Source of the DNA: Xylella taiwanensis
GTDB taxonomy: Bacteria; Pseudomonadota; Gammaproteobacteria; Xanthomonadales; Xanthomonadaceae
Direction of reading: 5' to 3'
Assembly: GCF_013177435.1 (NCBI RefSeq)
Contig: NZ_CP053627.1
Coordinates: 1,080,001 to 1,112,000 of the forward strand
DNA length: 32,000 nucleotides
Part shown: positions 18,521 to 27,536 of the stretch, one piece after another
Layout: each line of letters starts with the position of its first letter
Position numbering within the stretch: the stretch's first letter is position 1
Made by a program: the position numbers and the translations under genes
The notes under the pieces: model-generated
Told to the model about the DNA's origin: nothing
Database searches by the model: none
What the model saw: the letters and a program-made list of their open reading frames with translations, nothing else

Positions 18521-18921
18521 ATGAGTGTGACTCTCTCCGCATTGCGATAGGCTGCACAGCAGCCGCACATTTATTGCTACGGCGTGGTGTGCGTGTTGAG
18601 TGAGACAGGTGCGGGACTACGGTCAGTGTGCGCTGTACAACCGGATGAGCATGCGCGCAACCTGAGTTGCAATCGTGTCCATGTTGCGCTCACCTGGCCG
18701 ATGTGGTGCATACGATCCGTTGAATACCGTTACCTGAAATGTTCCAGTAATGTGCCTGCGGTGCAGGATGTACGTGGGTGCTTGCCATTGGCCAATATCG
18801 GTTCCGACGTTGTGGTCGGTCGTTGTGTGTCGCACAGCTCCGAGCAACGTTATGCCAAATGCTGCGTGAGGTTGTGGTATTGGGTGCGGGTGGCATCACG
18901 GTGTTTGCTGAGCTTGCGTGA
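18521..18921 (+). pseudogene. Probable relic of a class-I SAM-dependent methyltransferase in the leuD-leuB spacer
   Basis: ATG 18521 lies 11 nt after the leuD stop, then MSVTLSALR is cut by TAG at 18548-18550. The same frame reopens as the 125-aa ORF 18584... This ORF carries a motif-I-like VLSETGAGL (18593-18619; template hh[D/E]hGxGxG). About 65 aa later it carries a motif-II-like LPLANIGSDVVVGRCVSH (18782-18835; template LPF.D.SFD.Vv....l.H). In a shifted frame (18841-18921) the text reads ATLCQMLREVVVLGAGGITVFAELA*, which fits the motif-III region (..al.Em.RVLkPGG.l...e). Motif order and spacing fit the fold, but no frame is intact. Confidence 0.4.
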
Positions 18922-19119
18922 TCGTTACAAGCCTTTGGTTGGATATGCGACTGTCGTGTGATTGCCATGTGCGTTTTGTATTACGCGAATGCTTAAGATG
19001 TACTACGCGGCTGTGTCCTTGCGGTTTGTGTGGTGCATTGCTTTTTTATCCTTTCTCCAGATCTATGGACAACAGGTGCACAGATGTGCAGCGTTGTCTA
19101 ATACACAGGACATCTTCAT

Positions 19120-20193
19120 ATGAGTAAGCAAATACTAGTTCTTCCTGGCGATGGCATTGGGCCTGAAATCATGGCTGAAGCCGTAAAAGTGTTGGAACAC
19201 GTCAACGTGCGTCATGGTCTGGGTTTGACATTGAGTTTTGACGCACTTGGTGGCGCTGCTTATGAAAAATATGGGAGTCCACTGGCTGACGAAACGTTGG
19301 CGCGCGCACGTGCGGCGGATGCAGTACTGCTTGGTGCGGTGGGTGGCCCGCAGTGGGACACGATAGATCCGGCGCTCCGCCCGGAGAGAGGATTGCTGAA
19401 GATCCGCTCTCAATTGGGACTGTTCGCCAATCTGCGTCCCGCATTGTTGTATCCGCAATTGGCAGCCGCGTCCACCCTGAAACCCGAAGTTGTATCCGGA
19501 CTCAATATTCTCATCGTGCGTGAACTGACAGGTGGTCTCTACTTTGGTCAGCCACGCGGCAGCCGCACATTGGAAAATGGCCAACGTGAAGCGTTCGATA
19601 CATTGCCGTATTGTGAGAGCGAAATCCGTCGCATCCTTAGGGTTGGTTTTGAGATGGCGCGCCTGCGTGGCAGGAAGCTCTGCTCGGTGGACAAAGCTAA
19701 TGTGCTTGCTTCCAGCCAGTTGTGGCGCACCGTGGCGGGGGAAATGGCCAGAGATTATCCGGATGTGATGCTCTCGCACATGTATGTAGATAATGCGGCG
19801 ATGCAGTTGGTACGCGAACCCAAACAGTTTGATGTGATCGTCACTGACAATATGTTTGGTGACATCCTTTCGGATCAAGCATCGATGTTGACCGGTTCGA
19901 TCGGTATGTTGCCGTCGGCGTCGTTGGACGCGAATAACAAGGGGATGTACGAGCCCTGCCATGGTTCAGCACCGGATATTGCGGGGCATGGGGTCGCTAA
20001 TCCACTGGCGATGATTTTGTCGGTGGCAATGTTGTTGCGTTACAGCATGGGACAAGCCAAATCATCTGAGGCGATTGAGCACGCTGTCGGTGTTGTGCTC
20101 GATAGTGGTTTGCGTACAGCTGATATCTGGTCGGACGGGATGACCAAGGTGGGTACTGCAGCCATGGGAGATGCAGTGGTGGCAGCGCTCTGA
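19120..20193 (+). CDS. leuB: 3-isopropylmalate dehydrogenase (357 aa)
   Basis: [27 protein letters not shown]...[33 protein letters not shown]....[61 protein letters not shown]...ANPLA.ILS.AM.LR is the canonical LeuB pattern. AGGA lies 9 nt upstream of the ATG. Confidence 0.95.
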   Translation: MSKQILVLPGDGIGPEIMAEAVKVLEHVNVRHGLGLTLSFDALGGAAYEKYGSPLADETLARARAADAVLLGAVGGPQWDTIDPALRPERGLLKIRSQLGLFANLRPALLYPQLAAASTLKPEVVSGLNILIVRELTGGLYFGQPRGSRTLENGQREAFDTLPYCESEIRRILRVGFEMARLRGRKLCSVDKANVLASSQLWRTVAGEMARDYPDVMLSHMYVDNAAMQLVREPKQFDVIVTDNMFGDILSDQASMLTGSIGMLPSASLDANNKGMYEPCHGSAPDIAGHGVANPLAMILSVAMLLRYSMGQAKSSEAIEHAVGVVLDSGLRTADIWSDGMTKVGTAAMGDAVVAAL

Positions 20194-20907
20194 GTCTTGT
20201 TTACACGTGCGGGTTGATAAAGGCTGATTTTTTTCTATGGATTGAGTGCAATATCGTGCCGTGGCGTCAGGGCTATTACTTACAGCATGGCATCAATGAT
20301 TCTGCTCTTAATCCAACCTTTTCCAGATGTGTGTTGCAGTGAGTTCGATTTTTGGATGAGTCTTGTTCTTCTTGTGATCTTTGTGATCCAGAAAGACATA
20401 TATTGCAATCTGTTTCACAGTCTTTAATCGATGTTGTTTGAGATAAAGACGGACTCTCTGCGTGACGGGAATGCACTCATACTCATGAAGTACGAGTTGT
20501 ATATCGTGATCGGTTTATAAGGGGTTCTGATTATTTTTTCATTAGGTTCATACTTATACATGGTTCCTTTATGAGTCGAATGTGCAGAAAGATTTAATGG
20601 GTCTTTAAAGAGTAAAGACATTAAGCATGTGAATTTCTGGAATCAGACTGGTAGCGAAGTAGGAGGTAACTCAAAATTTTAAATTCCTATGCAAATTGAA
20701 AGTTTTATTTATTGAGCCAACTCCGTCAAAAAATAATGAAATCAGGATTGCGCTATTCAAGTCCTATGCGATATTGGATCTAATACGTGGTATCGGGGTG
20801 TTTTCCCAGGAGGTGTTCAGCGGGTTGTTTCAGTTTTTTTACCCGCCGCTCTTATGGATCGGGACCACGTGGCGAGTCGTTACGCGATTTCTCCCTACAA
20901 GAGGTCC

Positions 20908-21618
20908 ATGTCATCACGTATGAAATTAACAGGACGTTTCAGCTCGATAGCGAGTGTGTCTTTGATGTGTGCGGTTACCCTGATGGCTTGCAATACTGCA
21001 CCACATTCTCTGGCCCGCTCTCTGCCAGAACCGGATGGACTGGTATTTTCGAAGGTGCAGTCTGAATACAAAATTGCTCCTGGCGACTTATTGCTGATCA
21101 AGGTGTTCCAGGTGGATGATCTGGAGCGTCAGGTCCGTGTGGACAACAGTGGGCGTATTACCCTGCCATTGTTGGGAAGCATTGATGTGTCCGGTAAAGG
21201 CGTGGCTGAGTTGGAACGACTCATCGCTAATCGCTACCGCGGAGGGTATCTGCAGGATCCTCAGGTTTCTGTTTTTCTCCAAGAGGCTAATGCGCGCCGT
21301 GTGACCGTGACTGGCGCAGTCACTGAGCCGGGCATCTATCCGTTGATCGGTACCAACCTGACCTTACAGCAAGCCGTTGCTCAGGCTAAGGGTGTAAACA
21401 CGCTGGCGAGTCTTCAAAACGTGGTCGTATTCCGGAATGTCAAAGGCCAGAAGATGTTGGCGCGTTTTGACCTGACGCGTATTGAGCGTGGTAAGGATCC
21501 TGATCCTGAGATATACGCCGGCGATCTCATCGTTGTTTACCGTTCCGATATGCGCCTGTTCCTGCGCACTCTGGTTGAGATTACTCCCTTCGTTATGGTC
21601 TGGCGCGCGTATCGATAA
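20908..21618 (+). CDS. gumB: Polysaccharide export outer-membrane lipoprotein (Wza/OPX family), GumB (236 aa from ATG 20908)
   Basis: From ATG 20908 (AAGAGG just upstream) the protein begins MSSRMKLTGRFSSIASVSLMCAVTLMAC, a signal peptide with a lipobox. It continues ..YKIAPGDLLLIKVFQVDDLERQVRVDNSGRITLPLLG..RRVTVTGAVTEPGIYP..TLQQAVAQAKGV..PEIYAGDLIVVYRSD..VMVWRAYR, closely colinear with Xanthomonas campestris GumB as I remember it. Confidence 0.9.
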   Translation: MSSRMKLTGRFSSIASVSLMCAVTLMACNTAPHSLARSLPEPDGLVFSKVQSEYKIAPGDLLLIKVFQVDDLERQVRVDNSGRITLPLLGSIDVSGKGVAELERLIANRYRGGYLQDPQVSVFLQEANARRVTVTGAVTEPGIYPLIGTNLTLQQAVAQAKGVNTLASLQNVVVFRNVKGQKMLARFDLTRIERGKDPDPEIYAGDLIVVYRSDMRLFLRTLVEITPFVMVWRAYR

Positions 21619-21620
21619 CT

Positions 21621-23000
21621 ATGAAACAACAAAATCAGGTTTCGTCAACTACTTTTGATTCTTCAGAACCATCGGGTCTGAGTCTTTTGGATTTTTGGCG
21701 TGTGTTGGTCAGTGGATATCGGCTGATCATGGGGATTTCCATAAGTGTAACTTTGCTGGTGCCTGGTATTTCATTGCTGCTGCCTCGAGAATTTCGCGCG
21801 ACCACGACGTTGCAGATCGAACGGGATACGTTGAAGGTAGCTAATGTCCAGAATCTGATGCCGGTAGAGTCGCCGTTGGATCGTGATTTCTACCAAACTC
21901 AATACCAGTTACTACAGAGCCGTTCGTTGGCCCTTGCAGTGATTCGTAATATGCGGTTGGATAAGGAGCCCATGTTGAAACCCCGCGTCGATAAGGTGTT
22001 GGCAAAGAAGCCCTCCATCGCAGGTGATATTCGCAAGGCTGCTGTCGAGCGCGCCCTTATCGAAATAATTTTAAGTAGTTTGAAGATCGAACCGATCCTC
22101 AACTCGCGGTTGGTACATGTGCATTTCAATTCTTCAGATCCGGTGTTATCGGCCAAGGTAGCCAATAGCTATGCAAGGATGTTCATTGAGAGTCAACAAC
22201 AACGTCGTCTGCAGGCCTCCTCGTTTGCAGCCAAGTATCTTGCTGGACGCTTAGAACAGCTGCGTGCCAAGGTGGATGCGTCCGAAAGCAATTTAGTTGC
22301 CTATTCCACTGATCAAAAGATTGTTTCTGTGGATGATGACAAACCATCGCTGTCTTTGCAGAACCTCAGAGACCTGAATGCGCTGCTGGCCTCTGCGCAA
22401 GGTGAGCGGATTAAGGCCGAAGCTGCTTGGCGTCAAGCCAGTGTTTGTGACGATATGAGTGTCCCTCAGGTACTGTCCAACCCGTTGGTGCAGTCCTTAC
22501 GTACCGAACAGGCGGATATGGTCGATGAATATCAGCAGAAATTGTCGATGTTCAAACCGCAGTATCCGGAGATGCAACGCCTGAAGGCAAAGATCGAAGA
22601 AAACAGCCATCAGATCAAGGCGGAAGTGCTCAATATTCGACAGTCGTTGAAGACACAGTACGAGACGACGTTGCTTCAGGAGCGTCTGTTCAACGAGCGC
22701 ATTGCAGTGCTAGAAAAAGATGAATTGGATCTGCAAACGCGCCTTATCCGTTACAACATGCTCAAGCGAGAGGCTGCAACAGATCGTCAACTCTATGATG
22801 CGTTGTTGCAACGTTATAAGGAGATTAGCGCGCTTGGGGATGGCGCGAGTAACAATGTGATGGTGTTGGACCCGGCTGACGTGCCAACTCGGCCGACTTC
22901 ACCGAACCTCTTAATGAACACGGTATTGGGTGCGATCTTCGGTCTCTTTTTAGGTTTGACGGTGGTGGTTGTGCGGTATTTCCTGCGCGAAGCGGAATGA
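21621..23000 (+). CDS. gumC: Polysaccharide co-polymerase (PCP-2a-like, no kinase domain), GumC (459 aa)
   Basis: The ATG lies 2 nt after the gumB stop. The segments YRATTTLQIERDTLKVANVQNLMPVESPLDRDFYQTQYQLLQSRSLA..ILNSRLVHV..DDKPSL..NLRDLNALLASAQ..RIKAEAAWRQA..KPQYPEMQRLKA.IEE..RYNMLKRE..DRQLYDALLQRYKEI, plus the C-terminal TM, are colinear with X. campestris GumC. Confidence 0.92.
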   Translation: MKQQNQVSSTTFDSSEPSGLSLLDFWRVLVSGYRLIMGISISVTLLVPGISLLLPREFRATTTLQIERDTLKVANVQNLMPVESPLDRDFYQTQYQLLQSRSLALAVIRNMRLDKEPMLKPRVDKVLAKKPSIAGDIRKAAVERALIEIILSSLKIEPILNSRLVHVHFNSSDPVLSAKVANSYARMFIESQQQRRLQASSFAAKYLAGRLEQLRAKVDASESNLVAYSTDQKIVSVDDDKPSLSLQNLRDLNALLASAQGERIKAEAAWRQASVCDDMSVPQVLSNPLVQSLRTEQADMVDEYQQKLSMFKPQYPEMQRLKAKIEENSHQIKAEVLNIRQSLKTQYETTLLQERLFNERIAVLEKDELDLQTRLIRYNMLKREAATDRQLYDALLQRYKEISALGDGASNNVMVLDPADVPTRPTSPNLLMNTVLGAIFGLFLGLTVVVVRYFLREAE

Positions 23001-23060
23001 TAAATATCATTAGCGTCGACTGAAATCGGTTGTGTTGAATGAAGAGTGGTGGGTGGTTTT

Positions 23061-23148
23061 CAGGGATTTAGTTCTGATGCACGGTGGTCAGATTCGTTTT
23101 AAGTAAAGTGCTAGCGTTTGCCAGGGATTGATGCATGGTGGCAAACGC
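23061..23148. repeat. Imperfect direct repeat plus a 10-bp perfect inverted repeat in the gumC-gumD spacer
   Basis: Copy 1 (23061-23090) is CAGGGATT tagttct GATGCAcGGTGGtcA. Copy 2 (23122-23145) is CAGGGATT GATGCAtGGTGGcaA, the same core with a 7-nt indel. The inverted repeat is GCGTTTGCCA (23114-23123) paired with TGGCAAACGC (23139-23148). Its 15-nt loop contains ATGCAT. No T-run follows, so it is not a canonical terminator. Confidence 0.6.
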
Positions 23149-23233
23149 CGGCGAATGAAACCAACGTTGTCTGGTGGTGTCCGTCTGTTCTTCCCCAACA
23201 TGCGGTGCCCAGGACATGTGAGGACTTCCATCA

Positions 23234-24688
23234 ATGCTTTTGGCAGATCTGAACAGTGTTACTGATCTTGCTTCTTCACCACAGTTATTGTCGAAATATT
23301 CTGCAGCCGCTGATCTGAGTCTTCGTGTTTTTGATCTGACAATGGTCGTGCTCTCCGGTGTGGTGGCTTACCGCTTGTTGTTTGGCACCTGGATACTGGC
23401 GGTTCCATATCGTGTTGCGATTGGTACCACTTTGCTGTATTCGGTGATTTGTTTTTCTTTATTCCCGTTGTACCGCAGTTGGCGTGGGCGTGCTCTGGTG
23501 CGTGAATTGCTGGTGCTGAGCAGTGCGTTCTGTGGCGTGTTCACCCTATTTTCGTTGCATGCGTTGGTTGTTCAGTTGGGACAGCCTGTGTCCTGGTTGT
23601 GGATTGGTATTTGGTTCTTGGGGGTACTGTCTACCTTACTGAGCGCGCGCGTGATGCTTCGTACCATGCTCAACTGGTTGCACATGCGTGGCTTGGATGT
23701 GCAGCGTATTGTTGTGGTGGGACTGCGTCATCCTGTGATGAAGATTCATCATTATCTGAACCGTAATCCATGGACCGGCATGCAGTTAGTTGGGTATTTC
23801 AGTACCTCTTACGATGTGTCTGTATCTGAGTATGTTAGGCGTGTGCCTTGTCTTGGAACGCCGGATGGGATGTTTGACTTTCTGGAACACAATTGTGTCG
23901 AGCAAGTATGGATTTCCCTGCCTCTCGGTGAGCGTGATTACATCAAGACGTTGTTGCAGAAACTAGAGCGTTATCCGATCAACGTCAAAATTGTCCCGGA
24001 TCTATTCGACTTTGGGATGCTCAATCAGTCAGGTGAGCAAATTGGTCATGTGCCTGTTATTAACCTTCGCCAAGGTGGAGTTTATCGTGATAACTACTTT
24101 GTCGTTGCTAAGACAATCCAGGATAAGATTCTGGCACTTATTGCGTTGCTGTTCCTGTGGCCGCTGCTGATCATGATCGCGATTGGCGTCAAGCTCAGTT
24201 CACCAGGTCCTGTATTGTTCCGGCAACGTCGCCACGGATTGAATGGGCGTGAGTTTTACGTGCTCAAATTTCGTTCGATGCGCGTGCATGACGATCAAGG
24301 TCAGTATCTGAAGCAAGCCAGTCGTAATGACAGTCGTGTCACCCGTTTTGGCGGGTTTCTGCGCCGTACCAGTCTGGATGAATTGCCACAAATCTTTAAT
24401 GTGCTTGGCGGTAGCATGTCGATCGTTGGTCCGCGCCCGCATGCGGCTCAGCACAACACTTATTACGAAAAGCTGATTCAGCATTACATGCAACGCCATT
24501 ACGTCAAACCAGGCATCACTGGGTGGGCGCAGGTAAATGGTTTTCGTGGTGAAACTCAAGAATTAAGGACAATGAAAAAGCGTATTCAGTACGATCTTGA
24601 TTATATCCGGCGCTGGTCATTGTGGTTTGATTTTCGAATTCTTGTATTGACGGTAGTGCGTGTGTTTGGTCAGAAGAATGCTTATTGA
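23234..24688 (+). CDS. gumD: Undecaprenyl-phosphate glucose-1-phosphate transferase (priming glycosyltransferase, WcaJ/WbaP family), GumD (484 aa)
   Basis: Nearly colinear with X. campestris GumD as I remember it: MLLADL...[228 protein letters not shown] lies 9 nt upstream of the ATG. Confidence 0.95.
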   Translation: MLLADLNSVTDLASSPQLLSKYSAAADLSLRVFDLTMVVLSGVVAYRLLFGTWILAVPYRVAIGTTLLYSVICFSLFPLYRSWRGRALVRELLVLSSAFCGVFTLFSLHALVVQLGQPVSWLWIGIWFLGVLSTLLSARVMLRTMLNWLHMRGLDVQRIVVVGLRHPVMKIHHYLNRNPWTGMQLVGYFSTSYDVSVSEYVRRVPCLGTPDGMFDFLEHNCVEQVWISLPLGERDYIKTLLQKLERYPINVKIVPDLFDFGMLNQSGEQIGHVPVINLRQGGVYRDNYFVVAKTIQDKILALIALLFLWPLLIMIAIGVKLSSPGPVLFRQRRHGLNGREFYVLKFRSMRVHDDQGQYLKQASRNDSRVTRFGGFLRRTSLDELPQIFNVLGGSMSIVGPRPHAAQHNTYYEKLIQHYMQRHYVKPGITGWAQVNGFRGETQELRTMKKRIQYDLDYIRRWSLWFDFRILVLTVVRVFGQKNAY

Positions 24689-24733
24689 TACTGGGTGTGT
24701 CAGTTCACGCATAGTTGGAGCAGGGGAGCTGCT

Positions 24734-26008
24734 ATGTTAATGCGTATGAACGGGATCACCTGGGAGCGGTTACGCAATATTCTTATTGGAATAGTGCTAT
24801 TTGCTGGAGTGACCTATAACTTTTCGTTGGCCGTGATCAACGCCAAAATTTTTGTGGTTCGTCCAGTGACGACTTATGTGGTGGAGTTGGTGATTTATGT
24901 GGCCTGTTTCACGCTCGGATTGTTTGCATTGGATCGTAAGCGTGCTGCGTTGGTGATGAGTGGTCTTGGGTTTCTTGTCGCATTGACGTTGATACGGTTT
25001 TTGATGAGTTTTGATTTTGATCCAAAATTTTTCAGAGATGCATTGATTGCGTTCGCGTTTCTAGTGCTTGGCGCAGCTTATCGAGGGTCTTTAATACGTT
25101 TGTTCATGGGTATGAGTATTGTGGTGACCTTAGTTGCTTGTTTCGAGTTGGTTGTGCCTGATGTCTATGGAGACATTGCCAATCCGAAAAGTTACTTCAT
25201 CAATTCACGTGGTGCCAGCACCGAAGGTTTCTGGAATGAAGAGAGCAGCTTGTATGTCAGCGCCACGCGTCCGAACGAGCGTAATTTCTTACCAGGTTCG
25301 AATTTGCCGCGTGCGTCTTCGGTGTTCATCGAGCCGGTGACAATGGGAAATTACATCATCTTTTTCGCTGCAATCGTCTTGACCTTTTGGCGTTGGATGA
25401 GTTTCTCTGAGCTGCTGCTGTCGGTTGCAATGATCGGATTTATGATCGTCGCTTCGGATGGCCGTTTGGCGACGGGTACTTGCATGTTGATGGTGTTGCT
25501 AGCGCCATTGCTAAGACGATTTGATCAGCGTTTTGGGTTTTTGCTATTTTTTGCCGTATTAGTCAGCTCTTGGTTGTTGGTTTGGATAAGCGATATTCAT
25601 GAGTATAACCAGGATACGATCCTGGGTCGGATTTTCTTCAGTGTGTATTCGCTCGGTCATTTGCCGTTGGATTCCTGGTTGGGCCTGGATGTTCAGGCGT
25701 CCTATCGTTATTTCGATAGTGGTATTGCTTATTTCATCACGTCACAGTCAGTGATCACGGTGCTTGTTTTTTTGTTGACTTATTCATTCCTTTTTATCAT
25801 GCCAAGTCATGAGGGGCGAGTATTTAAAAACATGGCCATATTTGCGTTCGCATTGAGTCTGTTCGTATCCAATAGTTATTTCTCGATTAAAACGTCGGCG
25901 CTGTGGTGGTTTACGTGTGGCTATCTTTGGCATTGGTCACCGCAGGCATCTGGTATGAGAAGCGCTCTGAGGCCAGCTGTAGTAACAGTACCAGGGGGAG
26001 TATCGTGA
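24734..26008 (+). CDS. gumE: Polytopic membrane protein, putative repeat-unit polymerase (Wzy-like), GumE (424 aa from ATG 24734)
   Basis: At least 10 hydrophobic segments, and its position between gumD and gumF matches the gum operon. ATG 24734 has GGGGAG 5 nt upstream. The GTG 24695 start in the ORF track has no ribosome-binding site. Confidence 0.85.
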   Translation: MLMRMNGITWERLRNILIGIVLFAGVTYNFSLAVINAKIFVVRPVTTYVVELVIYVACFTLGLFALDRKRAALVMSGLGFLVALTLIRFLMSFDFDPKFFRDALIAFAFLVLGAAYRGSLIRLFMGMSIVVTLVACFELVVPDVYGDIANPKSYFINSRGASTEGFWNEESSLYVSATRPNERNFLPGSNLPRASSVFIEPVTMGNYIIFFAAIVLTFWRWMSFSELLLSVAMIGFMIVASDGRLATGTCMLMVLLAPLLRRFDQRFGFLLFFAVLVSSWLLVWISDIHEYNQDTILGRIFFSVYSLGHLPLDSWLGLDVQASYRYFDSGIAYFITSQSVITVLVFLLTYSFLFIMPSHEGRVFKNMAIFAFALSLFVSNSYFSIKTSALWWFTCGYLWHWSPQASGMRSALRPAVVTVPGGVS

Positions 26009-27090
26009 ATTGCCACGAGAGATGTGGGTGGGTAGGGAGGTTCACCAGCACTCCAGCGTCGCCACAAGGTGGGCGCGATGCGCGTATCGATGCAGCGAAG
26101 GCACTAGGTATGGTGCTGGTGGTGTTCGGTCATAGCAAAGGTTTCCCAGACTGGTTTATTGTGCTGATTTACAGTTTCCCCGTGCCGTTATTCTTTCTGT
26201 TGTCCGGCTGGGTTGCTGGCATGCATACGCGTGAGCGTGGTTTCGGTGAACGCTTGTTGCAGTTGGTGCGTACCTTGCTGGTGCCATACCTGTTCTTTTT
26301 TTTTCTTGGATATCTCTATTGGTTGCTAACACGTCATATTGGTGAGAAGGCTGTGCGCTGGGGCACACATCCATGGTGGGAGCCGTTGAAAGGCTTACTG
26401 TTGGGGGTTGGAGCTGACTTATATGTGCAACCGGCATTGTGGTTTCTGCCGGCGTTGTTTGTGACCGCCTTAACCTATCATGTCTTGTCTAAGTGTGTTC
26501 CTTTACCGCGATTGGTCGTGTTGACATGGCTAGCTTCGTGGATTTGGATACAGTGGTTTCCTGGAGTGGGTACACGCCTGCCATTCGCCTTAGATGAAAT
26601 GCCTGTTGCGTTGTTTTTTTTCGTTTTTGGAGCCATGGCAGCACGTGGGTCTTGGTTGCGGCTGTTCCCGAAAACAAAGCGCGGTAATCTCATTTTGCTT
26701 GCGGTGTTGTTGTTGCCTTGGTTTGGGTTGGCGTGGTGCAACACCAAAGTTGATATGAATATGCTCCTTTTTGGCGCTTCGCCGTTGCTCTTCTATGTGG
26801 TGGCATTGTTGGGTACGGCGATAGTGCTGTGTGTGTCGGCTCTGGTTGAACACTGCTCGGTCGTGCAATGGATTGGTCGCAATACGCTGTTGATTACGTG
26901 CACACATCCTTTGGTATTTTTTGTGTTTTCCGGAGTATTGTCGCTGCTCGGAATCAAGTCTGGAGTTATCTCGGCGTTATTGATTCCAGTCATAACGTTG
27001 TATTTAACTCCAATTTTTAGGTGGATATTGATGAAATGGATGCCTTGGTCACTGGGTGCAAGTTCGTCTGTGCGAATGCCTGCGAAATGA
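26005..27090 (+). CDS. gumF: Membrane acyltransferase (acyltransferase-3 family), mannose O-acetyltransferase GumF (361 aa from GTG 26005)
   Basis: Polytopic protein with the acyltransferase-3 N-terminal pattern (RIDAAKALGMVLVVFGH). GTG 26005 overlaps the gumE stop (GTGA at 26005-26008) and has GGGGGAG 8 nt upstream. The 34-codon upstream extension in the ORF track lies inside gumE. Confidence 0.85.
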   Translation: MNCHERCGWVGRFTSTPASPQGGRDARIDAAKALGMVLVVFGHSKGFPDWFIVLIYSFPVPLFFLLSGWVAGMHTRERGFGERLLQLVRTLLVPYLFFFFLGYLYWLLTRHIGEKAVRWGTHPWWEPLKGLLLGVGADLYVQPALWFLPALFVTALTYHVLSKCVPLPRLVVLTWLASWIWIQWFPGVGTRLPFALDEMPVALFFFVFGAMAARGSWLRLFPKTKRGNLILLAVLLLPWFGLAWCNTKVDMNMLLFGASPLLFYVVALLGTAIVLCVSALVEHCSVVQWIGRNTLLITCTHPLVFFVFSGVLSLLGIKSGVISALLIPVITLYLTPIFRWILMKWMPWSLGASSSVRMPAK

Positions 27091-27536
27091 TGCGAATTTC
27101 ATCCGGATTGGAGACTGATTGCGTTTTGTTGCTCGATATTCTTTATTTGACATGTCCGATACCTCTTTTGTGATGTTTTAGTGTGAAAGAGCAGTACCAG
27201 GTTTTGACATATACAGATGGCTTATAGGATGCAAGGTATGCGTCTAAAGTTGCGACGGTGTGCAGTTTTTTAGGTTGTCCTTATTTAATTGGAAGTTTTT
27301 TTGTGCAACTTTTATGGGCATGGTGGTGTTGCACGCGTTGGTGACTGTATTTCTTGCTTTCCCGCGCTTGGTAGTGTCTTCCAGAGATTTTATGTGTTTG
27401 TTCTATTGACAGTGATGTCTTTGCCCGTGACCTGATGAAAGTTTTTCACGAAACCGCAATGCATCATTTGGTGCATTAATGGAGGAAGAGGTCATTCGAA
27501 TTTTTTCAATCGAGAATGGAATGGGAGCACTGTGTG

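Noticed and set aside
19135-19962. 275-aa minus-strand ORF
   Set aside because: It lies entirely antisense to the strongly supported leuB. It is Arg/His/Gln-rich with no motif, so it is a shadow ORF. The same applies to 16118..16618, 16351..16740 and 16985..17482, which are antisense to leuC.
20242-20923. Short ORFs in the leuB-gumB region (20242..20427 +, 20276..20476 -, 20424..20621 -, 20696..20923 +, 20787..21065 +)
   Set aside because: They are AT-rich, mutually overlapping and of odd composition, with no ribosome-binding sites. The last two overlap the gumB start region. I looked for an ihfA/gumA-like relic, as found upstream of gumB in Xanthomonas, and found none.
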